A stretch of DNA of 64,000 nt from an uncultured Clostridia bacterium (GTDB lineage Bacteria > Bacillota > Clostridia > TANB77 > CAG-508): positions 12,410-76,409 of the forward strand of contig CALXCE010000004.1 in the NCBI GenBank assembly GCA_944386725.1. Reading direction: 5' to 3'. Of this stretch, positions 39,974 to 50,775 are shown one piece after another (position 1 is the stretch's first letter; every line of letters starts with the position of its first letter). The position numbers and the translations under genes were made by a program. Below the pieces are notes generated by a model. That model worked only from the letters and a program-made list of their open reading frames with translations. It was not told the DNA's origin and made no database searches.

Positions 39974-40790
39974 AATAGAGCAAATACAAAAACTAATAAA
40001 TGATAGCGATTATATCCTAATAGGTGCAGGAGCAGGACTTTCAACATCAGCAGGAATTGAATATGCTGGAAAAAGATTTGAAGATAATTTTGCAGATTTT
40101 ATTAAAAAATACCATTTTACAGATATGTATACATCATCATTTTATAACTTTGAAACAGAAGAAGAAAAATGGGCTTACTGGGCTAGACATATTTATATCA
40201 ATGATACAGGAATGGGTGCAACAAAATTATATCAAGATATTTTAAAACTAGTAAAAGATAAAAAATATTTTGTAATTACAACAAATGTTGATGACCAATT
40301 TTATAAGGCAGGATTTGATGAAGAAAAAATATTTGCTACACAAGGAAGTTATAGATATATTCAATGTAGCATGGCTTGTCATAATAAACTATACGATGCT
40401 ACTGAAATGGTAAGCAAAATGTTAAAAAGAACAGTAGACTGTAAAATACCAACAGAGCTTATTCCAAAATGTCCAATATGTGGTGAAAGTATGGATGTTA
40501 ATTTAAGAAAAGATGCTTATTTTGTTCAAGATGATAAATGGTATAAACAAAATAAAAAATATGAGGAGTTTTTAGAAGAAACCAAAAATAAAAAAGTAGT
40601 ATTATTAGAATTTGGAGTGGGCTTTAATACACCAGGCATCATAAGATTTCCATTTGAACAAATGACCTTGCAAAATGAAAAATGGAATTTGGTAAGATTT
40701 AATAAAGAAAATCCAAATGTATATTTAGAAATAGAAGATAAATGTATAAAAGTATCAGAAGATATAGGAAAAGTAATAAATAAAATATAA
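39954..40790 (+). CDS. Macrodomain-linked sirtuin (SirTM-like, SIR2 family)
   Basis: GAGAGLSTSAG, TTNVDDQ, ATQGS in place of the canonical ELHGS, and Zn ribbon CS..CH....CPICG. Overlaps the macro gene by 20 nt. Confidence 0.8.
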   Translation: MKNILNKIEQIQKLINDSDYILIGAGAGLSTSAGIEYAGKRFEDNFADFIKKYHFTDMYTSSFYNFETEEEKWAYWARHIYINDTGMGATKLYQDILKLVKDKKYFVITTNVDDQFYKAGFDEEKIFATQGSYRYIQCSMACHNKLYDATEMVSKMLKRTVDCKIPTELIPKCPICGESMDVNLRKDAYFVQDDKWYKQNKKYEEFLEETKNKKVVLLEFGVGFNTPGIIRFPFEQMTLQNEKWNLVRFNKENPNVYLEIEDKCIKVSEDIGKVINKI

Positions 40791-40800
40791 GGAGGAAAAT

Positions 40801-42537
40801 ATGATAAAGAGATTATTACAATCAGTAAAAGAGTACAAAAAGGCATCCATTTTAACGCCAATTTGTATGATATTAGAAGTAGCAATGGAAATTATAATTC
40901 CGTTTTTATTGGCAATATTAATTGATGAAGGAGTTACGCAAAATGACATGAATGTTATATTAAAAATAGGTATAGGATTGTTAATTGTAGCTTTTCTATC
41001 ATTATTTTTCGGAGTACAATCAGGAAAATTTGCTGCAATTGCAGCAGCAGGTTTTGCTAAAAATTTAAGGCAAGATATGTATGAAAAAGTACAAAAGTAT
41101 TCATTTTTTAATATCGATAAATTTAGTACATCTAGTATAGTAACCAGATTAACAACAGATGTAACTAATGTACAACAAGCATTTATGATGGTTATAAAAG
41201 GAGCTGTTAGAGCACCAATCACTATTATTTTTGCTATGATTATGTCATTTACCATAAATGCCAAAATAGCATTAATATTTTTAATTGCATCTCCTATACT
41301 AGGAGGATTACTCATATGGATTGCAAAAGTAGCTCATCCTATTTTTGAAAGAGTTTTCAATACATATGACAAATTAAATAATGTTGTACAAGAAAATGTA
41401 AAAGGAATAAGGGTTGTCAAATCTTTTGCTAAAGAAGAAAAAGAAGTAGAAAAATTTAAAAAAGTTTCACAATCAATTTATAAAGATTTTTCAAGAGCAG
41501 AAATGATATTAGCATTAAACAATCCATTAATGCAATTTACAATTTATACTTGTATTACGTTAATTTCATGGTTTGGAGCTAAATTCATCGTAGGAAGTAC
41601 TTTAACAACAGGAGAATTAACCAGTTTAATTTCTTATGCTATGCAAATATTATTCAGCCTAATGTTACTTTCTATGGTATTTGTAATGGTTACCATGGCC
41701 TTAGAATCCGCAAAAAGAATTGTAGAACTATTGGAGGAAGTTCCTGACTTAAAAAATCCAGATAGACCAATTATGGAAGTAAAAGATGGTTCCATAGAAT
41801 TTAAAGATGTGAGTTTTAGTTATGTAAAAGACAAATCCAAATTATGCTTAAAAAATATCAACCTAAAAATAGAAGCAGGGCAAACCATTGGAATTATAGG
41901 AGGAACAGGAAGCTCAAAATCAACTTTAGTACAGTTAATTCCAAGATTGTATGATGTAAGTCAAGGAGAAGTAAAAGTAGGAGGATTTGATGTTAAAAAC
42001 TATGATATTAAAACATTAAGAGATGCTGTTTCTATGGTTCTTCAAAAAAATGAGTTATTTTCTGGAACGATAAGAGAGAATTTAAAATGGGGAAATAAGA
42101 ATGCAACAGAGGATGAGATTATCAGAGCTTGTCAATTGGCACAAGCAGACGAATTTATCAATGGTTTTATTGACAAATATGATACCTACATTGAAGAAGG
42201 AGGAACCAATGTATCAGGAGGACAAAAACAAAGACTTTGTATTGCTAGGGCTATATTAAAAAAACCTAAAATATTAATCTTAGATGATTCTACATCAGCA
42301 GTAGATACCAAAACAGATAGCTTAATTCGAAAAGCTATGCTAGATGAAATCCCAAATACTACAAAAATTATCATAGCACAAAGAGTATCTTCTGTTCAAG
42401 ATAGTGACTTAATTGTTGTATTAGACAATGGTGAAATAGATGGAATGGGAACTCATGAGGAACTATTAAAATCAAATGCTATTTATCAAGAAGTGTACGA
42501 ATCTCAAGTTAAGGGAGGTGCGGATAATGAAAAATAA
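40801..42537 (+). CDS. ABC exporter, fused permease/ATPase (heterodimer subunit 1)
   Basis: Six-TM domain, Walker A GGTGSSKST, signature VSGGQKQR, Walker B ILILDD. Confidence 0.9.
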   Translation: MIKRLLQSVKEYKKASILTPICMILEVAMEIIIPFLLAILIDEGVTQNDMNVILKIGIGLLIVAFLSLFFGVQSGKFAAIAAAGFAKNLRQDMYEKVQKYSFFNIDKFSTSSIVTRLTTDVTNVQQAFMMVIKGAVRAPITIIFAMIMSFTINAKIALIFLIASPILGGLLIWIAKVAHPIFERVFNTYDKLNNVVQENVKGIRVVKSFAKEEKEVEKFKKVSQSIYKDFSRAEMILALNNPLMQFTIYTCITLISWFGAKFIVGSTLTTGELTSLISYAMQILFSLMLLSMVFVMVTMALESAKRIVELLEEVPDLKNPDRPIMEVKDGSIEFKDVSFSYVKDKSKLCLKNINLKIEAGQTIGIIGGTGSSKSTLVQLIPRLYDVSQGEVKVGGFDVKNYDIKTLRDAVSMVLQKNELFSGTIRENLKWGNKNATEDEIIRACQLAQADEFINGFIDKYDTYIEEGGTNVSGGQKQRLCIARAILKKPKILILDDSTSAVDTKTDSLIRKAMLDEIPNTTKIIIAQRVSSVQDSDLIVVLDNGEIDGMGTHEELLKSNAIYQEVYESQVKGGADNEK

Positions 42538-44393
42538 AAAAATTGACAAAAAAACAATGAGAAGATTAATAGGATATATATTTAAAACCTATAAACTACA
42601 ATTTATGATAGTCATGGTATTCGTTATTTTAAGTTCCTTAACTAGTGTTGCAAGTTCAATCTTTATACAAAAATTAATAGATGACTATATTTCACCAATG
42701 CTTTTACAAGAAAATCCTGTATTTACACCTTTACTTAAAGCTTTAAGCGTAATGGCAGGTATTTACTTCATAGGAATCTTAGCTACTTATTTATATAATA
42801 GAATGATGTCAAAAATATCACAAGGGACTCTTAAAGCAATTCGTGATGAAATGTTTGAAAAAATGCAAAAATTACCAATCAAATATTTTGACACGCATAC
42901 ACATGGTGATATTATGAGTTATTATACCAATGATGCTGATACCTTGCGAGAACTAATTTCAAGAGGTTTACCACAAATTGTTAGCATGATTATCACTATT
43001 ATTTCTACTTTTATTGCCATGATATATACAAGTGGTTATTTAACAATATTAGTTATATTTATCTTATTGGCAATGCTAAAAGTAACCAAAAATATAGGAG
43101 GAAAAAGTAGTACCTATTTTATCAAGCAACAAGAGTCAATGGCAAAGGCAAATGGATATATGGAAGAAATGATAAATGGTCAAAAAGTAATCAAAGTATT
43201 TTCACATGAAGAAGAAGCTATTGAAAATTTTAGAAGAATAAATGAAGAGCTTTGTAAAGATGCAACCCTTGCTAATAAATATTCCAATATATTAATGCCA
43301 GCATTAGCTAATTTAGGAAACATACAATTTGTTTTAATTGGTGCCGTTCGGAGGATTATTAGCAATTTATGGGATAGGAGGAATAACAATAGGAGCCATT
43401 GCATCTTTTCTAAATTTAAGTAAGAGTTTTTCTATGCCAATTACCCAATTATCTCAGCAAATCAACTCTGTTGTTATGGCCATGGCAGGTGCTAAAAGAA
43501 TATTCAAACTAATGGATGAAGAACCAGAAGTAGATAATGGATATGTAACCTTAGTAAATGCAGAAAAAGTAGATGGAGAAATAAAAGAAGTAGACCATTA
43601 TACAGGAGTGTGGGCATGGAAGCATCCACATCATGATGGAAGGTTGGAATATGTAGAATTAAAAGGACATATCGAACTGAGAAATGTTGATTTTGGTTAT
43701 GAAGAAAATAAATTAGTTTTACATGATATTACTCTATATGCGAAACCTGGGCAAAAAATAGCTTTTGTTGGAGCAACAGGAGCAGGAAAAACTACAATAA
43801 CGAATTTATTAAATCGTTTTTATGATATAGAAGATGGTAAGATTAGATATGATGGAATCAATATCAATAAAATTAAAAAAGAAGATTTAAGAAAATCACT
43901 AGGAATGGTTTTACAAGATGTTAACTTATTTACAGGAACAATAAAAGAAAATATTCGATATGGAAATGAACAAGCAACAGATGAAGAAGTTTATGAAGCA
44001 GCAAAACTTGCAAATGCACATAATTTTATTATGAATTTGCCAAATGGATATGATACCATGATAGATGGAAATGGAGGTTCATTATCACAAGGGCAAAAAC
44101 AATTAATATCAATTGCAAGGGCTGCGACTGCAAATCCTCCCGTTATGATATTGGATGAAGCAACATCTAGTATTGATACAAGAACAGAAAAAATTGTACA
44201 AGATGGAATGGACAAATTAATGGAAGGAAGAACTGTATTTGTGATAGCTCATAGACTTTCAACCGTAAGAAATTCAAAAGCAATTATGGTATTAGACCAT
44301 GGAAGGATTATAGAGAGAGGTAATCATGAAGATTTAATCAATGAAAAAGGAGTGTACTACAGGTTGTATACAGGTGCATTTGAATTAGAATAG
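42527..44393 (+). CDS. ABC exporter, fused permease/ATPase (heterodimer subunit 2); continuous only with a +1 shift at CGG 43349
   Basis: ORFs 42476 and 43338 tile one protein. GATGAGKTT, LSQGQKQL, MILDEATS. Confidence 0.9.
43349..43352 (+). other. In-frame CGG-A +1 shift site (GTT CGG AGG becomes GTT [C] GGA GGA)
   Basis: Restores the TM6 sequence NIQFVLIGAVGGLLAIYGIGGITIGAIASF. Confidence 0.75.
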
Positions 44394-44482
44394 TTTGAAA
44401 AAATTTGTGAATCTATTAAAAACAAAGAAAATGATATTGTAATGAAATTGTAACAAAAATGAAATAAAAACAATTTTCTTAG

Positions 44483-44520
44483 AAAGAGTAAGAGTTTCAA
44501 AATCTTACTCTTTATTTGTT
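44483..44520 (+). terminator. Rho-independent terminator after the ABC exporter genes
   Basis: AAAGAGTAAGA / TCTTACTCTTT stem followed by a T-rich tail. Confidence 0.7.
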
Positions 44521-44534
44521 GCAATTGCAACAAA
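44515..44534. promoter_or_regulatory. Perfect 20-bp palindrome upstream of nrdD, candidate operator
   Basis: TTTGTTGCAATTGCAACAAA lies about 55 nt upstream of the nrdD start. Confidence 0.4.
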
Positions 44535-44589
44535 AGATATTTTTTTTTATGATATAATTTTCCTATCAAAATGAAAGGGGAAATGTCGT

Positions 44590-46773
44590 ATGAAAATTGT
44601 AAAAAGAGATGGAGCAATAGTTGATTATGATCCACAAAAAATAAGGATTGCCATTCAAAAAGCAAATAATGAGGTAACGAGAAAGGATAAAGTGTCAAAA
44701 GAGCAAATCAAGGGAATTATAGAATATATAGAGGAACTAAATAAGCCAAGAATTTTAGTAGAAGATATTCAAGATATTATAGAAGAAAAGCTTATGGAAT
44801 TTGGAAAATATCCATTAGCCAAAAAATATATTACCTATCGTTATAAAAGAGAATTAGTTAGAAAAGCTAATACAACAGACCAATCTATCAAAGAATTAAT
44901 CGAAGGAGAAAGTGAATACTGGAACAATGAAAATTCAAATAAAAATGCGAAAGTGGTAACAACGCAAAGAGATTATTTAGCAGGAATTACTAGTACTGAT
45001 ATTACGAGAAGATTTTTATTGCCAGAAGATATTGTAAAAGCACACGATAGCGGAATCATACACTTTCATGATGCTGACTACTTTGCCCAAAATGCCTTAC
45101 ACAACTGTGAGCTAATTAATTTAGAAGACATGTTACAAAATGGTACCATTATTAATGGAGTCATGATAGAAAAGCCACATCGATTTAGTACAGCAGCAAC
45201 AATTAGCACACAGATTATATTAGCCGTTACCTCATCAAGTTATGGTGGTGCAACTGTAACATTAAGCCATTTAGCCCCTTTTGTTAGAGATAGTTTTAAC
45301 AAATATATGAAAAAATACAAAGAAAGAGGAATGGACGAGAAAAAATGTAAGGAATATGCAACACAAGATACAAAAAAAGAAATAGCAGATGGGGTACAAA
45401 CTTTTAACTACCAAGTAAATAGTATGACCAATACAAACGGACAAGCACCATTTTTATCTGTATGCATGTACTTAGGTGAGACCGAAGAATACAAAGAAGA
45501 ATTAGCTATGATTATTGAAGAATTCTTAAATCAAAGAATTCTAGGATTTAAAAATGAAAAAGGTGTTTATATTACGCCAGCTTTTCCAAAGTTGCTTTAT
45601 GTACTAGAAGAGGACAATATTAAGGAAGGTAGCAAATACTGGTATTTGACAGAGTTAGCAGCAAAATGTACAGCAAAAAGAATGGTACCAGATTATATAT
45701 CAGAAAAAGTAATGAAGCAAAATAAAATTGACAAATATGGAAATGGAAATTGCTATCCTTGTATGGGATGTCGTTCTTTCTTAACACCTTGGACAACAGA
45801 AGGAAATCCTTCTAAGGCTAAAAATTATAAAGAAGGTGAATCTAAATATTATGGAAGATTTAATCAAGGGGTTGTAACTATTAATTTGGTAGATGTTGCC
45901 TTATCTTCTGGTCAAGACAAGGATATATTCTGGAAAATTTATGAAGAAAGATTAGAATTATGTCATAAAGCATTACAGCTTAGACATGAAAGATTAGCAA
46001 AAGCAACCAGTGATATAGCACCAATTTTATGGCAACATGGTGCTTTGGCAAGATTAGAAAAAGGGGAAAGTATTCATAAATTATTACATGATGGTTATTC
46101 AACAATATCTCTAGGATATGCAGGATTATATGAATGTGTGAAATATATGACAGGTCATAGTCATACAGACAATGGTGAGGGTAAAGAGTTTGGATTAGAA
46201 GTAATGAAAAAATTAAATGACAAATGTAAAGAATGGAAAGAGAAAGAAAACATCGATTACAGTGTCTATGGAACACCAATTGAATCTACTACTTATAAAT
46301 TTGCAAAATGTCTAAGGGAGAGATTTGGAACCATAGAAGGTATTACAGATAAAGACTATATAACTAATTCTTATCATGTGCCAGTATTTGAGGAAATTGA
46401 CGCTTTTTCTAAATTAAAATTAGAAAGTGAATTTCAGAAGCTAAGTCCAGGAGGAGCTATTTCTTACATAGAAACACCTAACTTACAAAATAATATAGAA
46501 TCTGTTTTACAAGTGATTCAATTTATTTATGATAATATTATGTATGCAGAATTAAATACCAAATCTGATTATTGCCAAAAATGTGGGTATGATGGAGAAA
46601 TATTAATTGATGATAACTTAGAATGGTATTGCCCAAATTGTGGTAATAGAGATCATGATACATTAAATGTGGCTAGGAGAACTTGTGGCTATATAGGAAG
46701 TAATTTCTGGAATAAAGGAAGAACACAGGAGATTAAGGAGAGAGTACTTCATTTGGATAATAAGGATGATTGA
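44590..46773 (+). CDS. nrdD: Anaerobic ribonucleoside-triphosphate reductase
   Basis: ATP-cone N-terminus, C-terminal Zn site CQKCG..CPNCG and glycyl-radical motif RRTCGYIG. Confidence 0.95.
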   Translation: MKIVKRDGAIVDYDPQKIRIAIQKANNEVTRKDKVSKEQIKGIIEYIEELNKPRILVEDIQDIIEEKLMEFGKYPLAKKYITYRYKRELVRKANTTDQSIKELIEGESEYWNNENSNKNAKVVTTQRDYLAGITSTDITRRFLLPEDIVKAHDSGIIHFHDADYFAQNALHNCELINLEDMLQNGTIINGVMIEKPHRFSTAATISTQIILAVTSSSYGGATVTLSHLAPFVRDSFNKYMKKYKERGMDEKKCKEYATQDTKKEIADGVQTFNYQVNSMTNTNGQAPFLSVCMYLGETEEYKEELAMIIEEFLNQRILGFKNEKGVYITPAFPKLLYVLEEDNIKEGSKYWYLTELAAKCTAKRMVPDYISEKVMKQNKIDKYGNGNCYPCMGCRSFLTPWTTEGNPSKAKNYKEGESKYYGRFNQGVVTINLVDVALSSGQDKDIFWKIYEERLELCHKALQLRHERLAKATSDIAPILWQHGALARLEKGESIHKLLHDGYSTISLGYAGLYECVKYMTGHSHTDNGEGKEFGLEVMKKLNDKCKEWKEKENIDYSVYGTPIESTTYKFAKCLRERFGTIEGITDKDYITNSYHVPVFEEIDAFSKLKLESEFQKLSPGGAISYIETPNLQNNIESVLQVIQFIYDNIMYAELNTKSDYCQKCGYDGEILIDDNLEWYCPNCGNRDHDTLNVARRTCGYIGSNFWNKGRTQEIKERVLHLDNKDD

Positions 46774-46808
46774 TAAAACTAAAACATAATAAAGGGGTAG
46801 AAGGAATC

Positions 46809-47300
46809 ATGCGATATAATAAAATTAGAAAAATGGACATTTCAGATGGACCAGGTGTAAGAGTATCCATTTTTATGCAAGGTTGTACCTTTCATTGTAA
46901 GGGGTGTTTTAATCCGGAAACACATGATTTTAATGGTGGAAAAGAATTTAATGAAGAAACCATCCATAGAGTATTAGAATTATGTGAAAATGAAAATGTA
47001 AAAGGATTATCGATTTTAGGTGGAGAACCAATGCATCCAAAAAACATTGAAGGTACAACTAGATTAGCAAGAGCGTTTAAAGAAAGATTTCCAAATAAAA
47101 ATTTATGGGTTTGGACGGGCTTCTTATTTGATAAAGATTTAAAGGAGAAAGAAGTACTAAAATATGTAGATGTTTTAGTAGATGGTCAATATGTTGATGA
47201 ATTAAGAAATCCAAAACTAAAATATAGTGGATCTTCGAATCAAAGAGTGATTGATGTTCAAAAGAGTCTAGCACAAAATAAAATAGTTTTAATAAATTAG
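46809..47300 (+). CDS. nrdG: Anaerobic RNR activating protein (radical SAM)
   Basis: DGPGVRVSIFMQGCTFHCKGCFNPET. Confidence 0.9.
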   Translation: MRYNKIRKMDISDGPGVRVSIFMQGCTFHCKGCFNPETHDFNGGKEFNEETIHRVLELCENENVKGLSILGGEPMHPKNIEGTTRLARAFKERFPNKNLWVWTGFLFDKDLKEKEVLKYVDVLVDGQYVDELRNPKLKYSGSSNQRVIDVQKSLAQNKIVLIN

Positions 47301-47313
47301 AATATTTAATTTT

Positions 47314-47347
47314 AAAGAGGGTATCCTGAAATAGGAACCCTCTTTTT
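47314..47347. terminator. Bidirectional terminator between convergent genes
   Basis: AAAGAGGGT / ACCCTCTTT stem flanked by A and T runs. Confidence 0.7.
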
Positions 47348-47352
47348 AAGTA

Positions 47353-47793
47353 TTATAAATATTTTTTTAACGTTTCTACGCTATCTTCTTGCATTACAAC
47401 AAAGTCATTTAAAATATTTTTAACATCAGAAGCAATGTCGGTATCTTGATTTTGATTTATTAAACGTCTACCTTCTATAATTCCCATATTGGTACCTTGC
47501 ATTAATAATTCTGATAATTTAGAAGTAGTATTGTCTGTCATAGTTTTCATTTGGATACCGTACCAAACCATCATTTTATTCATTGCGTTTGTTTCATGAG
47601 GTTCTTTCATGCTGTAATTAGAATATAAATCATTTACTCTTTGAGAAATTTTTTTATATTTGTTATATTCTGTATCTAAAACTTCCTTAAATTTGCTATC
47701 AGAAACCTTTTCAGATACATAAGAAATAGCATCCATTCCCATTGTAGCACCTTTGTTAACTTCATCTAAAATGTTTAAATTTTGACTTTCCAT
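47353..47793 (-). CDS. Hypothetical helical protein (146 aa)
   Basis: Clean ORF with an SD. Predicted all-helical. Family not recognised with confidence. Confidence 0.45.
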   Translation of the reverse strand: MESQNLNILDEVNKGATMGMDAISYVSEKVSDSKFKEVLDTEYNKYKKISQRVNDLYSNYSMKEPHETNAMNKMMVWYGIQMKTMTDNTTSKLSELLMQGTNMGIIEGRRLINQNQDTDIASDVKNILNDFVVMQEDSVETLKKYL

Positions 47794-47907
47794 AAAAACA
47801 CTTCCCTTCTTGGTAAATAAGTTATCGTTGATTGATAAATTTTATTTTATTATTATGTACCAAAAATAGAAAAATATTTATCTGTTGTAAATATTTTGTG
47901 AAATAAA

Positions 47908-47936
47908 TTGACAGCCTAACATGAGAATGTTACTAT
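47908..47936 (+). promoter_or_regulatory. Candidate sigma-A promoter
   Basis: TTGACA, 17-nt spacer, TACTAT, about 25 nt upstream of the ABC gene start. Confidence 0.5.
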
Positions 47937-47960
47937 AACTAAGAGGAGGAATGTAAAACT

Positions 47961-50552
47961 ATGTTACAATTAAAAAACATAACAAAAACTTATGGAAACT
48001 CAGAAGATGGGAAAGTTCAAGCATTAAAAGGTATTAATATAGAATTTAGAGAAAATGAATTTGTATCCATATTAGGACAAAGTGGTTGTGGAAAAACAAC
48101 ATTGTTAAATATCATAGGTGGACTAGACCAATATACAACAGGAGATTTAATTATCAATGGAAGGTCGACTAAAGAATTTAAAGACAGAGATTGGGATACT
48201 TATAGAAATCACTCTGTAGGGTTTGTATTTCAAAGTTATAATCTAATTAGTCATCAATCTATACTTGCCAATGTAGAATTAGCATTAACCTTAGCAGGTA
48301 TAGAAAAACAAGAAAGAAGAAAAAAGGCAATCAAAGCATTAGAAGATGTTGGCTTAGGAGAACAAATCCATAAAAAACCAAATTACTTATCTGGGGGACA
48401 AATGCAAAGAGTTGCTATAGCAAGAGCATTGGTAAGTAATCCAGATATCCTTTTAGCAGATGAGCCAACAGGAGCATTAGACTCTGCTACATCTGTGCAA
48501 ATTATGGAGTTGTTAAAAAAGATAGCCAAAGATAGATTGGTCATCATGGTAACACATAATCCAGAATTAGCTGAAAAATATTCTACCAGAATTGTAAAAT
48601 TATTAGATGGAAAAGTAATTGATGACTCCAACCCTTATGTAGCTTCCAAAGAAGAAATTGATAAAACAATCCAAAAACAAACAAAAACAAAAAAAACATA
48701 TATGAATTATTTGACAGCACTTTCTCTTAGTTTTAATAATTTGTTAACTAAAAAAGGAAGAACCTTTTTAACTTCCTTTGCAGGAAGTATTGGAATTATA
48801 GGAATTGCTCTTATTTTATCTTTATCAAATGGGGTACAACGATATATCCAAAAAGTACAAGAAGATACATTGTCATCTTATCCAATTGCGATTGAAGAAA
48901 CTACGATTGACTTAACTTCAATGATGCAAAACGTTAGTGGTGAAAAATCTAGCAATGAAGAAGATAATAATTCGCAAGAAAATATTGTTACTTCAGAAAA
49001 TATATTAATGGATTTAATGAGTACAGTATCCACACAAATGCAAACAAATAACTTAAAAGAGTTTAAGAAATATTTAGAAAGTGATGAAAGCTCTATAAAG
49101 TATAATAGTACAGCTATTAAATATACTTACAATTTAGATTTAAATATTTATCAAGAAGAGGAAAATGGTGGATTTCTTCAAGTTAATCCAACTGAGGTAT
49201 TTGATACTCTAGATAGTCAATCCTCAGCTATGATGAAGAATATGACAGCTACTTCTAGTGTATGGGAAGAAATGTTAGATAATCAAGAGTTACTGGAATC
49301 TCAATATGACTTACTTTCAGGTTCATGGCCTCAAAATTATAATGAGGTAGTATTAATAGTAGACAAAGATAATAAAATAAATGATTATGCTTTATATTCT
49401 TTAGGAATAAAAGATGTCGAAGAATTCAATGAAAATTATCAAAAGATGTTAAATGGTGAAGAGGTCGAAAAAGTTGACATATCTACTTATACGTTTGATG
49501 AATTGTTGAATTTAAAATACAAAGTATTATTAAATACACAATACTATGAAAAAGAAAGTGGTATGTGGGTAGACAAATCAGACGATGAAATGTATTTAAA
49601 AGAAAAATTAGAAGAAGCTTTAGAAATTAAAGTAGTAGGAATTATAAGACCAAAGGAAGAAGCAAGCTCTACTTCTTTAAGCGGAACTATAGGATATACC
49701 AACGAACTAACAGAATATGTTATCAATAAAATTAATCAAACTCAAATTGCACAAGAACAATTAGAAAATAAAAATACCAATGTGTTTACTGGAATTGGTT
49801 TTGAAGAAAATAATCAATCCAATAAAATAGATTATAATACTTTAACAACCGAACAAAAGCAATACTTAGCTTCTTTATCAGATGAAGAAAGAGCCAATAT
49901 TATTGCACAATATAGCAAAAATGCAGAAGCTACTTATGAAGACAATTTAGAAAAGTTGGGAATAGTAGACTTAGATTCTCCAACAACGATTAGTATTTAT
50001 CCAAAGGATTTCGAGGCCAAGAATGCAATAAGTAATGAAATAGAAGATTATAATCAAAGAATGGTGGAAGAAGGAAATAAGACCAATCAAATAACTTATA
50101 TCGACTATATAGGAATTATGCTAAATGCTGTGAATTCGATTGTTGATATGATAAGTTATGTATTGATTGGATTTGTAGGAATCAGTTTAGTAGTTTCTTC
50201 TATTATGATAGGAATTATTACTTATATATCAGTATTAGAAAGAACCAAAGAAATTGGTATTTTAAGGAGTATCGGTGCTTCTAAAAAGGATATTTCAAGA
50301 GTGTTTAATGCAGAAACTTTTATTGTAGGAATATTAGCAGGAATGATTGGAATAGGAGTAACAATATTATTAAATATACCAATTAATATGATAATAAAGA
50401 ATCTATCAGGAGTTTCAAATATTGCAGCCTTACCTGTATATGGAGCTGTTGGATTAATTATAATTAGTATGTTGCTTACTGTAATTGCAGGACTAGTTCC
50501 ATCTAAAATGGCAGCAAGAAAAGACCCAGTAGAGGCATTGAGAACAGAATAA
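47961..50552 (+). CDS. MacB-like ABC transporter, fused ATPase and FtsX-type permease
   Basis: GQSGCGKTT, LSGGQMQRVAIARAL, LLADEPTGALD. Large extracytoplasmic domain and a C-terminal FtsX 4-TM region. Confidence 0.85.
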   Translation: MLQLKNITKTYGNSEDGKVQALKGINIEFRENEFVSILGQSGCGKTTLLNIIGGLDQYTTGDLIINGRSTKEFKDRDWDTYRNHSVGFVFQSYNLISHQSILANVELALTLAGIEKQERRKKAIKALEDVGLGEQIHKKPNYLSGGQMQRVAIARALVSNPDILLADEPTGALDSATSVQIMELLKKIAKDRLVIMVTHNPELAEKYSTRIVKLLDGKVIDDSNPYVASKEEIDKTIQKQTKTKKTYMNYLTALSLSFNNLLTKKGRTFLTSFAGSIGIIGIALILSLSNGVQRYIQKVQEDTLSSYPIAIEETTIDLTSMMQNVSGEKSSNEEDNNSQENIVTSENILMDLMSTVSTQMQTNNLKEFKKYLESDESSIKYNSTAIKYTYNLDLNIYQEEENGGFLQVNPTEVFDTLDSQSSAMMKNMTATSSVWEEMLDNQELLESQYDLLSGSWPQNYNEVVLIVDKDNKINDYALYSLGIKDVEEFNENYQKMLNGEEVEKVDISTYTFDELLNLKYKVLLNTQYYEKESGMWVDKSDDEMYLKEKLEEALEIKVVGIIRPKEEASSTSLSGTIGYTNELTEYVINKINQTQIAQEQLENKNTNVFTGIGFEENNQSNKIDYNTLTTEQKQYLASLSDEERANIIAQYSKNAEATYEDNLEKLGIVDLDSPTTISIYPKDFEAKNAISNEIEDYNQRMVEEGNKTNQITYIDYIGIMLNAVNSIVDMISYVLIGFVGISLVVSSIMIGIITYISVLERTKEIGILRSIGASKKDISRVFNAETFIVGILAGMIGIGVTILLNIPINMIIKNLSGVSNIAALPVYGAVGLIIISMLLTVIAGLVPSKMAARKDPVEALRTE

Positions 50553-50636
50553 AAAAACTAGGAGAAAATTTATGTAAAAAAATAGATTAAATTGAATCCA
50601 AAAATTTCCAGAAAATTATTAATTGATAAAGATCAA

Positions 50637-50670
50637 AACATAATAGAAAATTTTTCTATTATGTTTTTTT
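50637..50670 (+). terminator. Rho-independent terminator
   Basis: AACATAATAGAAAA / TTTTCTATTATGTT stem followed by a T-run. Confidence 0.7.
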
Positions 50671-50775
50671 AGTTTTAAAACTAGTGATTCAAAAATATTT
50701 GTAAATTTTACTAAATAATAAGAAAGAAAAATTACCATAATAGAAATATAAAACAAAAAAAGGAGGAAAATTTTC

